This document shows, piece by piece, positions 39,992 to 54,724 of a stretch of DNA of 64,000 nt. Within the stretch, counting starts at the first letter, position 1. Every line of letters begins with the position of its first letter. Made by a program: the position numbers and the translations under genes. The stretch covers positions 103,046,001 through 103,110,000 of the forward strand of contig NC_087437.1 of the NCBI RefSeq assembly GCF_036321535.1. Direction: 5' to 3'. The notes beneath the pieces were generated by a model. It saw only the letters and a program-made list of their open reading frames with translations, was not told the origin of the DNA and did not search any database. The stretch is from Camelus dromedarius (taxonomy: Eukaryota).

Positions 39992-41997
39992 TAATGATAT
40001 TTTTAAATTGAGCTCTTTAAGGGAACATAATCTTTAAAAACTGACTTCCTTTAAATTCTTCAGGACTTACCCATCCACTTCAAAGCCCAAATCATGGATT
40101 TTTTTTCCCACTAAAATTCCCAGAGTATTCTTAGCTATCATCTTTTCCCTTCGCTTCTGCTATAACAGATCCCTCCTCACCCTGCCCCAACACACACACA
40201 CACAAAGTCATGAATAAATGTGTCAATGGGATTGATATCATCCCCATCATTGCCAGTCAGATTATTAATTCTTCAAGCTAGGTGGCCATGTCTCACTCAT
40301 TTGCTATACTGCAGACATTTAGCACAATATTTCACATGAAGTAGAGAAATAATCTCTTTATCTTAAAAAACACTAGAACTTAGTTAACCTGCTGCTTACA
40401 TTACTGAGTAAACCTAAATCTTTTCATCTGTGAACTGAGGGGTTGGGAAATCACACTTAAAAGTTTAGTTCTCTGATCTGTGAATGAGGATGGAGAGGGA
40501 AAGTGTACATCTATGGGCTAATTTAACCATGTTAATAATATAGGGAAAGTGTTTTTTAAGCCACAAATTGCTGAAATTTCTAGTTGATGAAGATGAGACA
40601 AATGAATTCTTTTTCATGGAATAGATTATGAAATATATTGTCACTAATTGTGGTGAAAGCCTTATCTATACATAAAATTCTAGACAAAAATGCTGAAGCA
40701 CTGTCATTATTCATAGTTGAAAAAAATAATTATTAAACATTTTAAAAACATAAAAGCACAGAGCCCTATATGCATTTGCCATTAGTATTTAAAAAGGCCT
40801 AATATTTCACACCACTCATGAATTTTTGTTATTTTATGATATATTTTGACATGTCAATAAAAACTGGAAAAATAGATGTTACTGAGTCATAGAAAAATAA
40901 GAACTGTTAAAATACATGCTAGTACTTTCTAGAGAGCAGAACCAGAACTCACTGGAAAGATCATTTAGAATATCAGGGAAATATTCTGTATGATTCTAGG
41001 AAAGTTTTTTTAATGATCCTTTTAGATATTTCTTTTTTTAATTTAAACGTGCATGGATAAGAAATTCCCCCACCCCTTAAAAGTAGATCCTAAATTTTTA
41101 CATTAGTGGGTCTTAAAATCAATGCTACCGTCCCAAACACCATCATGTGTATACATACACATATATGAAGACAAATTAAAAAAGGGAAAGAGAAAAGGAA
41201 GAGGAGATGAGGAGAATAAGATAGAATGGAAAAGAATATGTTGTATTATAAGAATGTTTCACACATATTAAGGGAAATTGTAGAAGCTGTTTCAGATTTA
41301 AATGCATATTTAAAATATTTTTACTGTAAGTTATTGTAAGACAAGTTGAAAGACATTGTTTTAGCGAACAGCAAAACTAGAATCGAAGAAAAATGAACGC
41401 TGTTTCATTCCAGAAAGAACTTGGAAGCTGCTTAAAAATACGTCTGAGAAAAATTTCTTCTCCTCACTAGTGAATTAAATCGTATCTCTTATCCTTTTAT
41501 TGGCAGTACCTATCTGCAATATGAATTCATTACGTATTTAAATTGCATTTACTTTGAAACACTTTTGAAACATGTTTCCATAGAAGTTATTTTAAAGTGT
41601 CCCAGAACCTGATAAATAAAAATGTTTCATAAATATGTGTTGTCTTGCCAACATAAAAAGTAGATTTAAAATTAAAAACCTTTTTTTTTTTTGCTAATAA
41701 TCCAAGTGCAAATTGAACAAAAGTGCCTTTTGCCTAAGATTAGTGTCAAGATTTCCACACAGCTCAAATGTTATTTTTGTCTCTAAAGTCAAAACACTTT
41801 CAAGTATAATGTTAATATGTATGCAATATATTTATTGAGATAATACAAATGTACTTTTGATTGGAATATAGCCTTATCTATCAATGACAGTAGCCATGAA
41901 ATGATTGACAATTACAGATTAAAAAGCTGAGTATGATCTGCTCCTGAGTGATGATGAAGTCAGATTTATGAAGATCAACCTCTGTTTTCTTCTTTAG

Positions 41998-42158
41998 GAA
42001 TGGGAAGTTCATTGAAGAAAACGAAAAGTACACATTGAAAGGAAGCAATACAGAACTCACTGTCAGGAACATAATCAGTAGTGATGGGGGCCCGTATGTC
42101 TGCAGGGCCACAAATAAGGCAGGAGAAGATGAAAAGCAGGCATTTCTCCAAGTCTTTG
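41998..42158 (+). CDS. NCAM2: NCAM2 coding exon 7 (161 nt), Ig3 second half: (R)[53 protein letters not shown](V)
   Basis: Acceptor ttttcttctttag ends at 41997, donor gtaagt at 42159; phase 2/1 matches exons 6 and 8; DGGPYVC motif. Confidence 0.97.
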
Positions 42159-44604
42159 GTAAGTATTATAGCATAGTAGTTACAATCTAGAGGGGATTCT
42201 ACATCAAATTCTGTCACTCATATGAGCTACTTAATTTTCCAAACTTAAATCTCAGTTTTCTCATCTCTAAAGTAGATTTTAAAATTGCAGCTACCAGATA
42301 GAATTATTTTAAGAATTACAGAAAATTATACATGTAGACTTCTGGAAAATATTTGCTGACTCATAACAAAGGCTGGAATAAAATCCATTTAAATTACACA
42401 TCCTGGGACCTATTATGTTACATGTATGGGTTGATCTTCATAAATCTTTAAATGACATGTGTTGGGATCTGTTTTACTTTTACTGTACTTCAAAAGAGCT
42501 CATCTATAGTTCGGAAACATTGACCTGCAACTATAGTTAAGTATCCCCTTTTCATTTTATTGAAAGGAAATATAATATAAATATCTTCTGTATTTACCAA
42601 GAGCCATACAGCCTTCCTTGGGGAACTTACAGAGGGTAGAAAATCAGTAAGGATTTTTTTTTTTTGATTATTGATTTAGTTTTCATTATGTTTGCCAGAG
42701 GAAAAACAGTTTTGCTGGTGGATATTTAAAATATGATTATTCTCTTTAAAAAGCAAACACTAAAAACTATATGCACTAATAATATTTCCTGTGCTGTTTC
42801 CACATAAAAAAATATTGTTATCAAAATGCTTTCACAACAAAGAGATGGGAAGGAAGGAGGGAGAACTCTGTACTTAGATCAAAAGATGAATGGTAATTCA
42901 AGTGTGGACACACCCTCTGCCAGCTGGTCCTGTAGCAACTGTAATAGAAATATTTTCTGTACCTGGAAGAGTTTCATAAAGGTTATATTCTAGCAGAGTG
43001 AGACAGACAATAAAGAATACACCAAAGCACATTAAAATAAAAAAAATACAATTGGAATAATAAGATGATCTAAGAAAAAAGTGAAACTAGATCAATCAGT
43101 TGGTGTTGGGTAAAAAAGAGATATTATTCTGGATAGCATGGTGTTGGAAAGTTACTTAGAAGGGTGATGTTTAGATATGTTTACACAAAAATCATTAACG
43201 ATGAGAAATCAGCAAAGCTAAGAGTCAGAAAGAAGAGTAAACAAACTTGAAATTATTAGAAATTATAGAAAGCATCTAACTTGTTCCAACAGTGTTCCCC
43301 ACTTAAAAAAGTTGTCTTCTTTAAAATGTGTGATGCTAAATATAACTCAGTATAAAAATGAATTAATAATTAGAAATTATAGTGTCTGAGATAATTCCAA
43401 ATGGTAGATTATCTCAATCTATCTCATTGGGCTTATATGAAATGCTATTTTAATTACTTTTTTAAAAATTAAGGTGGCAGTGAGTGAGAACAAAGAGATA
43501 AATAAAGGAAGGTTTCTAATATTTCCATTCTTTCAACTAGAAAATAATGAATGAAACATGATATACTGTATCATTGTTGTAATCACTTTGAAGAGTAACA
43601 CAATAGATTTGTACTGGGTTTGATACAAATCATGTGTATATAGTGGAGGTAAAACTAAATCCATTAAAGTCAATGGAGTAAACACTGAACTGTTAAAAAA
43701 TTGTGCATACCATGTTTCTGATATCAAGAATCTAATTTTTTAAGATTAAGAATGCATATAAATACAAATTATTTTTCATAATTGATTGCATTTAATGATT
43801 TAAAAAACCTGTTACTAGTCCTGAAATAACAAGTGCTGGCTTTTATCATTTTTATGTTCAAACAAGTAAAAATTTAAGCAATGCTGATAATACAGAGTTC
43901 ACAACCTTAAATCTCTGTGGTATATGTAAATTTGTAATTTTTAGTATTAAGATAATTTAATTCGTAGACATGATAATTTAAATTAGTAGACATGTTGTTT
44001 TGCTCTTTATATAAGTCATAATTGTAAAGAAATAATTAGCTATACTATCTAATTAAAATAATCTGAGGTTCAAATTAATCAATCAGAATAATATAAGTAA
44101 ATAGCATGTTTATATGTTTGCTTAAAAATATTTTAAATATTGTACAAGATTATACCTGCTATATATTCAGGATGCATCTTTATTTTCCCTCTTTGGTGAA
44201 ATTGTTTTTAAAGTTTAAGAGATAACCAGATGTCATACACAGACACACCCATTCATACATGCACATGTGGCTTTAAAAGAGGAAATTTTAATTTTGTAGC
44301 TTTAAGAGGAAAAATAATGAAGTCACTTTTAATTGGCAAAATTTTGGAAGCAATTATAATTTTTATGTTGGTTTCTAAACCAGTTCAATTTATTTTTATA
44401 ATGATAATGAATGACCATTATTTTCTAACATTTTTTTCCTCCTGTACTTTGCAACTCTCCTGGCAATTTTCTAAAGCAAAGTATGACAACGTAATTGCTG
44501 CAAAGCTAATAATTCTATACTATGCTAGTATGTACTTAGATGCCCACCACACATAGTAATATTTTCCTCAAATACAGGTTGAGCAATGTATATATTTTTT
44601 ACAG

Positions 44605-44750
44605 TACAGCCTCACATAATACAGCTTAAAAATGAGACTACATCTGAGAATGGTCAAGTCACACTCATATGTGAAGCAGAAGGGGAGCCTATTCCAGAAA
44701 TCACTTGGAAAAGAGCGGTGGATGGCGTCACTTTTTCCGAAGGCGATAAG
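44605..44750 (+). CDS. NCAM2: NCAM2 coding exon 8 (146 nt), Ig4 first half: (V)[48 protein letters not shown]
   Basis: Acceptor ttttttacag ends at 44604, donor AAG|gtaaca at 44751; phase 1/0; NET sequon. The next exon (SLDGRIEV... in human) was not found in the window. Confidence 0.97.
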
Positions 44751-46694
44751 GTAACAGCAATTTAATGTATAGTGACTTTCAAAACCATTATATTTTCAGT
44801 CTTTTGCGTATAATTAAATCTCACATTGGACTCCAAGTTAACAAGTAACTTGTAGGAATGAAGTAAGTGGTTTAATTTGTAAAAAGTTAACTCTACCACA
44901 GTCAGCCTAAAAATAAATTCGGAGGAGAATCAAGTCACAGTGTAATATTTAAGGATGTATTTCATTGTCCACAAAATCTTAGGTTGTTGGCACTCTTTCT
45001 TAAATTTGCCTACATGCAAACTTTTGGTATACACTGCATCTGTAAAATATCTTACTGCGATGTCAATCCCCCTGCCTTGTACTGTGAAAATGAAAATAAT
45101 TTAAATTGACAAAATTCTGGCTGTCACTTAACTCAACTCTTTAGATTAATTTTTAATGCAGTAGGACAGTAGTTTCCGCCTTTATATCATTTATAACCTT
45201 ATAAAGACAAGTAAGTACAAATGTAACAAAATACAGCATTTTGGTAAATGCTTCTCCCATGTAAATTGGTGACTGTTCATCAGAATGCATTCAAGTTCCT
45301 AAGAAATCAAGTAAACATTATCATGTGTTTCACTACACTCCATAGATGATCATTATTATTTTTTGTAAATATTTATGTAAAAATCCCAGTATAAACAAAA
45401 GTGAAACAGGTAGTAAACTAATGATATGATGGAATTGGCATTTTTACACATGTAAAGATTATGACATTAAGCATATAGATCTCTTTTTTTCCTCAGTGTT
45501 GAAGCAACCTCCTTTAAACCTCTTTCCTTAATTTATATCAATTTCTGTAAAATAAAATTATTTCTAAAATACAAGTACTTTTGACTTACCAACATTGATA
45601 GCAGAAAAATTTCAAATCAGTTTATCCAAAATTCACTTTCTATCTCTCCAACTCATCATTTAATTTTAACAACACATTAACTCCATAAGTTGGTAAAACA
45701 TGCTTCTCCCTGGCCATTTACTATTTATCTTTTGAAAGAATGTATTACCATTTATCACCCTTCTTGGCCCCATTTCCTCCTCATGATGGCATTTTTAAGA
45801 GAATATACCTCTTTTTGGCAACAGTTATACTATTTTGTTACACTTATTTTATATGTGGAAGTTGAAAATCAAATTTATAAAATATGAATGACATGTGCAT
45901 GCTTCTGGCAACCCAGAAAAATGATAAAATCTGCTTTAATATTTTCTTAATAAATAATGATAGATATTGCTATGGCACATTGACAAATCTTAAAGGAGTT
46001 ATGTTTCTATAAATTTTTAAAAAATTGTCCAGAAAATTAGATATATAAATCTGTAGGTGATTGTTTTCATGTCAATTTTAGTACACTTCTTTGGATGAGG
46101 TTACTCAAAAATCATGGTTTTCATGTTTGTAAGTCCTTATTAATTTACCTTCATAGTCCTAACTCACGCTTTCATTATTTTTTTGTACTGTAAAATTCCT
46201 GAAATTTCTCTTTTCAAATATAGATTTTACTCTTCTTTTAATAGATGTTTCCTTATGAACATACAAGTAATGAGGGATACATTATATTCAGTTATTTTAT
46301 CAATAAAAAATTATCAAGTAGCCAGAGGCCCATGATTTTTTAAATCATATTTGCCCCATACCACCCAAAACTACATACAGAAATTACTTCTATAACAGTT
46401 GTGAAAAATAATCACCTAGTTTTTGTTCGCTAAGGATTATGCCTATTGAAGTACACATCTTTTTATTTTTTTATCCAGTTTATTTGTTAGAAAACAATTA
46501 TAGAAACCTTAATATGCTTTTGTTTTTCTAAATACAACTTTTATCCAGTGGATAAAGAAATTAAGACTGTTCACTTTCTATCCTGATATTTCTCCAAAAT
46601 TATTTTAAGAACCTTGTCTTACTTTCTGGATGGTAAGTGTCTTTCTCCTAACATTCCTAGTTTCTTCAACAGCCAAAATTCAGAAAGTGAATGG

Positions 46695-46890
46695 TTGATC
46701 TGAGCTTTGAAGTTAATCAAATCCAGTTTTGAATCTCAGCTCTGCATTTATGATGCTTTAGCTTTGGCAATACTATCTGAAGTCTTCTTAATATGAGTTT
46801 CTTCATCTTTAGTGAGGATAATAGGAAAGACGAGGAGTACATTGTAAAATGCATATCAAAGTCTTCAGCATATTGTAAATATTCAATAAA
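46695..46890 (+). mobile_element. MIR SINE
   Basis: gagctttgaagtta...ttttgaatctcagctctgc...ttggcaa...agtttcttcatct...aaatattcaataaa. Confidence 0.7.
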
Positions 46891-47049
46891 CTTTTTTTCT
46901 CTATCGTATTTCATAAATATTGCAGTGTAGTTTATCTTGTTTCTCTGATTTTGAGTAAACTCTGTTAACAGGCGTCATAAAGGCAGATAACTAAAATTTG
47001 ATTAAACACTGTGATTATATCACTAGTCATGAAAAGTAGCATGTGATTG

Positions 47050-47225
47050 TATTTGCCATAAGAATCACTTGGAGAGCCTGTTTAAATGCAGATTCTAGAA
47101 TCCCACTCCCTGAGGTTGATTTAGAATGTCTAGTACAGGACCTAGGATTGCATGTTTAATAAACTCATCAGTTGGTGTCATATGGATGGTCTTCAGGCCA
47201 TCCATAAATTGGAAAACAATTCTCA
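47050..47225. mobile_element. MER5-like hAT-Charlie MITE
   Basis: agaatcacttggagagcctgtttaaatgcagattct...ggacctaggattgcatgtttaataaactc. Confidence 0.7.
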
Positions 47226-50200
47226 AACTCTAAAGTCAAATGACGTTTAACAACTAGTCCTTTCAACAGAAAAATGCTGTTGAGAGATTACTTTGGCACC
47301 TTGATAGGGGCTTGGAAATTACAGTTTGTTTTAATCAAAACTTTTCACCACTGTTGATGAAAATGACAATTGTGTAGGTCACAGACACAATTGACACAGT
47401 GAAATATCATCAGTGTATATACTTCTAACTAATTACTCCATCCAAAAATGTGAAAATGTATTTAGCAGATATATTCATCATTGTGGATTTTCGAAGGAGG
47501 GTGTCTCAATGTGGCCACATGTATTTTCTGTACCTGTAGTTCTGTAGAACTGTGGAACTATGCATGTTAATGACTTAACATAAAATATCCTTGCATAATA
47601 TGATATTCTTCAGAAACAACAACAAAAAATTTGGTGGTTAAACACAGAACTCTTTTAAATTCATTATTTTATCTATAACCTAATGCATTTTCCCTATATT
47701 TAAAGTAATATATGTAATTTTTAAAACTCTTCTAAAAATTCAAAAATACATGTTATATGTAAGAAAAATATAGCACACACTTACTTTAGAAGTATTTTCT
47801 TAATATCCATTGTTATTTCAAGGTAATATTTTGTTCTTTATTTTATTTTTTTAAATTTCACAGTTGTCACTCACTAACTTTTAATTATCCATTTATGGAA
47901 AAAAATTGAGCAATTTATTTTAGTGATAATGAGTATTTTTGAAAATTTTTCATTAAAATATCAATTTACTAGTGTTATTCAAGAATGTATTAAGTTGATA
48001 GCTTAATTTTAGCACATTATTTTTGAGGTCATATTAAGATACATTTGTGTATAAAAATTAGAAATCTCCAGCCTCTTCATTTAATAGATGCTATATACTT
48101 AACTGTAATAATAGTTAAATGGATAAAATAAAGTTTAAGACAGAACTAAAGCTACACAAACACATTGTGGAATGTGTTTAATTTGGCTAAGACTTAAAAG
48201 TTGTGAATTGTTTCACAACTTAAAAACTTAACAATCTAATTTTTTTTACATTAAAAATCTTTGTTTTTTAAATAAAACCATGCTTCTTTCATAGGGTTGG
48301 TTTGGGGATTATGTGAAATTGTATAATTAAAATGTTTTGAAGTCCCTGGCACGAACACCCGTCATCTATTTTGAACCATTTTCTTTAAATCATCCCTTCT
48401 TATCATTCTTATTGATCAATAAATATAATAGATGTATGCTTATAGGTATTGATAAATTAGTATGGGAAATTTTGAAGTGTCATGCAAGTCAAAGTTTAAT
48501 TCCAAATTTGTCATTTTCATGTGTCATTTACCATGTTACTTCTGTCTGATTTCAGTTTCTGCATGTCTATATCAGGGTAATAATAAAACCTACCTGGAAA
48601 AGTTTCTAAAGATGAAACGAGAGCATGCATAACATCCCAGACACAAATTGAACTTAGAAGTGTTAATTTCTCTTTTCCTTGGAGGTATTTAGTCTTTAGA
48701 TATCTTATACATGAGAAGACAGAATGATCGTGTTAATTCTGTGTCAACAACAGCTGCCACAAAGAAACCAGATAAAAACTTGGAGAATAGGCATATGTAT
48801 TGTATGAATAAGATCGTCCACAGAACAATAAAATGTTGAAGTTGTTGTAGATCGTGCTTCTTTAACATAGTGATATATAGAAGTTTACTATAACATAATC
48901 TCTAGCAGTATCATTTCAGTGTCTCAGATATGAACTCTTTTTGCCGCACTAGATTCTAAATCTTGTAATTAAATTTCGCATTCCTCTTGGAAGTTTACAA
49001 TGTTGAGAGTCTGCATTTGAGTGTCATCTTAGTCATGTCATCTTAGTCACAGTGTTTGGTGTCCATCTCCATCCTTGCAGAGAAGTGTAGATGAGGACTC
49101 TAACTTCCTATCCTGGTCATAGATTCTCAGATAACTCTGGCCTTATACCTGTGAGACACAAAATCAGGACTAGAAAGAAATCTCACAGATCTTACCTCAT
49201 CATGTTCTTTTTCCCTCTCTCTCTGGTCTACCTTCTCCCATTCTCCGCCACATTTTCCTCTCTAGGAAGTAAGTCATTTATTGCTTCCTTCAGGCCCTTT
49301 TTTACCTCCTGTATTAATATGGCAATAAATGTTGGTTTGGAATAGACTCTTCCACATTCTAAGAAGCACCTAGACAGGTCATTAAGGTAGGAAGAAAGAG
49401 AAATGCTGTGCACCACAAAGCCAGATTGCTTAAGAATGCTTGTTCTCCATCAGCTTTCAAAATTAGATTTTATATTCATATGATAAAAATGGTTTATTTT
49501 AAACATTTCTTTAGAAATATTGTTACTTGCCATTTTAGGGCTAAATGGATGTAAAAGATGTGCAGGAAGTGATTTTTATCTCTAAAATTCTTATAAAAAA
49601 TGTCAACATAAGAGTAACCAGTCTCATCTGTGTGACTAGACTGTTTTATATAATAATTCTAAAGTGCTTATGAAATCATTTGGTGAATAATACCTCACAT
49701 AAATCGTGTATCTACTCTTTAGATACAGAATCTATAATTATTTTATTCCTGTTATACTTGTCCTGCAGAGTAAATTACAGGCCTATCTCCACTAGAAATT
49801 AATCCTACTCTACATTGGACAAGACGCATTTGAAATGTATAGCACTAAGTTCTAACTGTTTTAAAAGAGAATTTCCCAAACTTCAGTCATTTCATCATCA
49901 GTTTAATTTCTTTTCTATACTCATGTGCTGCCTAGATTGTTATACACTTAATTTTTTCTTTGAATTGAATTAGTTTTTCCACTTACTCTAATCCTAACCT
50001 AAAATATCAGTTACATTTTAAAAGGGACATTAAAATAAATATAAAACTGTAAAATAAAATTTTTTCATATTCATATCTAAACTCAGCATGTGCACCTTCA
50101 CTGGTACACACATCATTTCAAAACACTGCTTTTATTTCAGACATACTTTGAATTACGAAGTTTAGCTACAAAATTTGGAGGTCAGAACTCATCCTTTCTT

Positions 50201-53200
50201 CTATTTGTGTGGTCAAGCACTTCTATCCAATAAATATATTAAATTGTTAATTAATGTGTAGAGAGTTAACAAATCATAGAAACAGAAACTCATTTAATTT
50301 CAATCCTTAACACCAAATGGTCCTTTCAAAATGATGCCAATAAACTCAGTAAGAAAGGTATAGTGATTAAATTGAAAAATAATTTCTTCCCAATTTGCTG
50401 AAATAAAATATGAAATGCTGGCCATCGTCTGAGTTAGAGCAACTAAAACTTTGTGATTAAAATAATAAAACTTTCTGTTCTTTAACATTCATTTGAAAAA
50501 TGTGTTTTTCTGTGTCCAAGAAAACAACCCTACTGATTAGCTTTACTACTTTTAAGTCCATTTTACTTTCTGTTCGTTCAAATAAATAAATGTATTTAAA
50601 CTGAGATTTAAGGTTAAAAAACCTTAATACAAGTATGAAGAATCTACTTTAATATTTAACTTTGCACTCACATACAGAAGGCATAGTTGTACCAAAGTGT
50701 TTCTATTTTAATTGTATAGACTGATAAGCATGTTTTTCCATGAATTGAGGCACTGTGATCTGGACAATACTTACTTCAAATGTTCCTTCAGAATAAACTA
50801 CCAAGTCAAAAGGGATTTCTAGTAATAATAAAGATAAGCAGTTCTTTGATACAACTATCTGAATAAAATATAATGTTTTAAATTTTATAACATTAAATTC
50901 TTAGAGTAAAATATTTATTATTATACTACTGCATTCATTATTATACTGTTTTATGCTCTTATATTATTTTTATTGTGTAGGTACAGCTCTGGGCCTAAGA
51001 AAACATAATGCTTTTAAAAGATTTATTTAAATCACTTTTATTAAACCACCACAGAGGACAATGAAGTGAATTTTTCATATCATATGAAAATCTCCACTAT
51101 AAATTCTTAGATCTTTTTTTATCCATAAACTGTGAAGATTACATTAGTCTCTCTTGTGTTACTTTTTTTCATCCTAAAGCAAATATGAGTTCTTGAAAAT
51201 TAAATTTAATAAAATGTAAGCAGTAAAATAATCCTTAAAGTGACAGAAATTTATGTGACCAATGTTTCCTTTATCATTTGCTTAAGTTCATTTACAACTA
51301 TCAACAAATATTATTGAAGACTTTTATGTTTGCATGTACTATTCTATGCACAAAAAATACAGCGCTGTAGAAAAAGACTTTTCTGCTTCATAGTGCATAC
51401 AATTTAGGAGAGATGGAATCAAAGCATGTTTAAAATCAGCAATGTTTTCTATATGACTATGCAATTTTGAAATATGCAATTTTCATATTCAAAACATTCA
51501 TTTTCAGTATGTAAGTGGACTTTTGCAGGGCTACAAATACAGCTTTGGCGTATTTTTCTGCACTGCCATAGACCCAGTTCAACTTGTTCTTCTGACAGGC
51601 CTCTCTACTGATGCATTTTGGAAAGTGTATCTACTGTCATCAGAATATCTCCTCTCAGTTTGCTCTAGGCTGATGAAAATTGCTTAGACTCTGATTAAAA
51701 AAAAAGTCTTAAAAAATATTTAACAGTATAATTGGCAACACCTTTATAGTATAGGATACAACTTAAGATTTTCAACTTCCTTTTCCTCTTTAAATAGAAA
51801 TTACTAAATGAGACCAACAAGTCCACAATTACTGATTTAAGAAGAGACTGTAGTGTCTCTTATTTTACAAGCTCTAGTGAAATAAAATACTGAATATGAT
51901 GGCATATTTATAGCATCGTCTTTAAAGAATGAAAGATGATATATAGGCATTTTTCAATATGTCATTGTATTTATACTTCTGAGCAAAATTTTTACAGCTG
52001 TATTTTTATTACTTTCATAAGGAGTTTTATTTGTACTTCTGTACCAAAACCTGAAAGTGCGTTCTGAGATGCAATTATAGGCAGTTCTTAGTGACTTACA
52101 GCAAGACTGATAAAAACATGGCCACCACCACTAACAATCAAGAACAAATGTTTTCATTGTTTCAATTTCAATATTTCAATTGCTTAATAAGCAACTGAAG
52201 CAACAGTAATGATATGTTTGTTCACATATTTTAAAGACAGTCATAGTATAGTTGCTAGACATATTTCTTACTGTGGGTGATAGTATGACAAAAGAGTGGA
52301 AATTACAGAAGTGCAGAGACTTTCCAAGAGTCAAGTATTACAGATAATGGAATGTATTAAATTCAAAAGTGACAGAATGTCCAGTCCCTTGAATGTCTCT
52401 ATCATAATTTGTAAGATCATCAGTGTCTAAAAGAAAATCCTTTCACTTGATGTGACATTGCATTAGAGGATCTCAAATAATCTTTGTTACCGTGATAATC
52501 TGCCTTGCTGTGCGATTAAGTCTTTGAGTTAATATTTGAGGAAGGCAGTGGATAATACTGAACCAAGGCTGTACACCAGAATCACGTAAGAAAGTGTATA
52601 CACGTATGTCTGACTGAGCCTTACTCCATGGGAAATGACTGAGCCCCTCTCCCAGGATTCTGACGGGGTTTATTTAGCTCTTAGATACTCTTAGCCAGTA
52701 TATTCGACAGGGAATAATGAGGTATATTTTGAAAATTCCTTGAAATTGTTCTTTTGTGTATAACCTATAGAGATCCCCTACCTTTAAAATGACTATATTC
52801 TTTCATTGCAAATGCACCAACACACACACATAAAACTACACACCAACACTCAGCCTAATGTGATCTTAATACTCGATACAGCTAGATATAGAATAAAATA
52901 TATAAAAGGAATTCATTTGTAACTCGTGGATTTCTAAATCATGTTAGCTTTGGTATCCTCAGTTCATATAAATTAGAGCTTAATGAATGGAAATGATGTA
53001 GCAGTTGCAACACTGATTCTTTGTTTCAGTTCCTGGGTTTGCCACTTAATCGCTCTGTGACTTCAGATAAATTGACATATCTTTCAGTTCCATCGCTGAT
53101 AAAATAAAGCTCCTTCAAACTCTTACATTTCTCAATTCTCTAAATCTTTCTATGGATTCAATAGATAATCATGTTTTAAGATAGTTTTTGTCCCCATGCT

Positions 53201-54724
53201 GAGCCCCTTTTAAATTAAGATATTTATTCATTTTTCAGTTCATGATTTTCAAATAACTTAGTATAGAGAGGCAGTGGGTTTGCAATTTCCTTCTTTTATA
53301 TAGCTTTTCCATATGTTCAGTTATAAGAAAAGCAAAGAGAACTCTGATAATGTCTTTACATTGGAAAAAAAAAAGGTCAATTTCTGATTGTGGAGAAGAA
53401 TGCTGAAGAGCATTCTCTTGGCACCTGTAGATTTTAATGCCTGTATTTTTTTCTTTCCAGAGATAGTGGGCTTTTCTGAAGGATTTTGTATTTGACATTT
53501 TTAAGGTCCTCCTAATGCATTTTTTCGTGCTAGTGTTCTGAGAGCAATATTACAGATCCCTGCTGGGCAATAGGCAAAATGGATACTTCTATACCTCATC
53601 TGATGTAGGTGGTAGAATATAATTAGGCATGTTGGAAATCTTCCTGGATGCTTCAGAGCTCATAGAGAGGTGGGTTTTCAATCATTTACAACTTTTTAGA
53701 ATTTCTTTTCCAACCCACAGCTTGCGTAGTGATGATCAAAGAAATCTTATCATAAGTTCAACATGTAATTTCAAAAACTATTTTTGAGAAAATTCTGGGA
53801 AATATTTAAAAAATAAAAGTATCATTGTTCTTTTTAAAAACATTATTAATTAACTATTATTTTAAAATTATTAAAAATATTTCCTATTGAAAGAATTTTT
53901 TATCATGTTTGTAGGATGATATGATAGTAGTTCACAATTTTACCATAATTATTCTGGAGACAATTATATTATTTACATATTGAAAGTAATCTACATACTG
54001 AAAGTGATTTTTTTTGGCTTTGTAGTAGAAAATATGTCTTTTTCTTGTAAATGGCATATCATATTGTAGACTTCATATGATATTTACTACTTCTTAGAAG
54101 AAATCTACTACCCCTGAGGAAAATATAAAATCATATAGTCATAAATATAGAAATAGTGAATGTTAATAGACTAAACAAAAGTAATAAATTTTCTGATTAA
54201 TGTAACTTTTATTTACTTATATGATATTTTAGTAGGAAATAATAACTAAATTCAAGAGACAAAATGAATTAAGTTTGAAGGAATTGCTATACAAGTAGAC
54301 ATAGTATATCTGAAAATATTTGAGTAAGTAAGTATAATAAAAAACTTGCAAAAAAATACATTTGATGAGTTATGTTTTCAAGTTTAAGCATGGAGGAAAG
54401 ATAAGTGCATAAAAGAATGTTAGTCACACAATAATTAATGGATAAAATTGAATATATTTTAATGAGAAGCACCTTAGTGCAATTATTATAAGACTTTCTA
54501 AGCCTTTCATTCTTGGATGCTAATAGGGTATGTGTAAGAAAATGTATTTATACTTTATCAAATGAATAGAAACGAAATAATTTTATTATTTATGGATCCA
54601 CTTTTATTATTTGTGGACCATCTTTTCCCTGGCCCAAATGACCCACCTTGTTCATTTATTTTAATCTCTAGCTTAATTTTTATTCTCTATTATAATCACT
54701 ACCACATATGCACATCTCAGTCTT

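Noticed and set aside
41881..42217. Two antisense ORFs over exon 7 (and 13134..13337 over exon 5)
   Set aside because: Shadow ORFs of real exons with no recognisable homology.
46610..46638. 23-nt microexon candidate (aag|...gatg|gtaagt)
   Set aside because: Weak AAG acceptor and frame-shifting length; expected by chance.
48198..48221. Perfect 10-bp inverted repeat AAGTTGTGAA/TTCACAACTT
   Set aside because: Short and AT-rich with no extension; plausible by chance in 64 kb.
49023..49050. 14-bp tandem duplication TGTCATCTTAGTCA x2 (similar AACATCTAACCAGA x2 near 4643-4675)
   Set aside because: Ordinary slippage-type micro-duplications.
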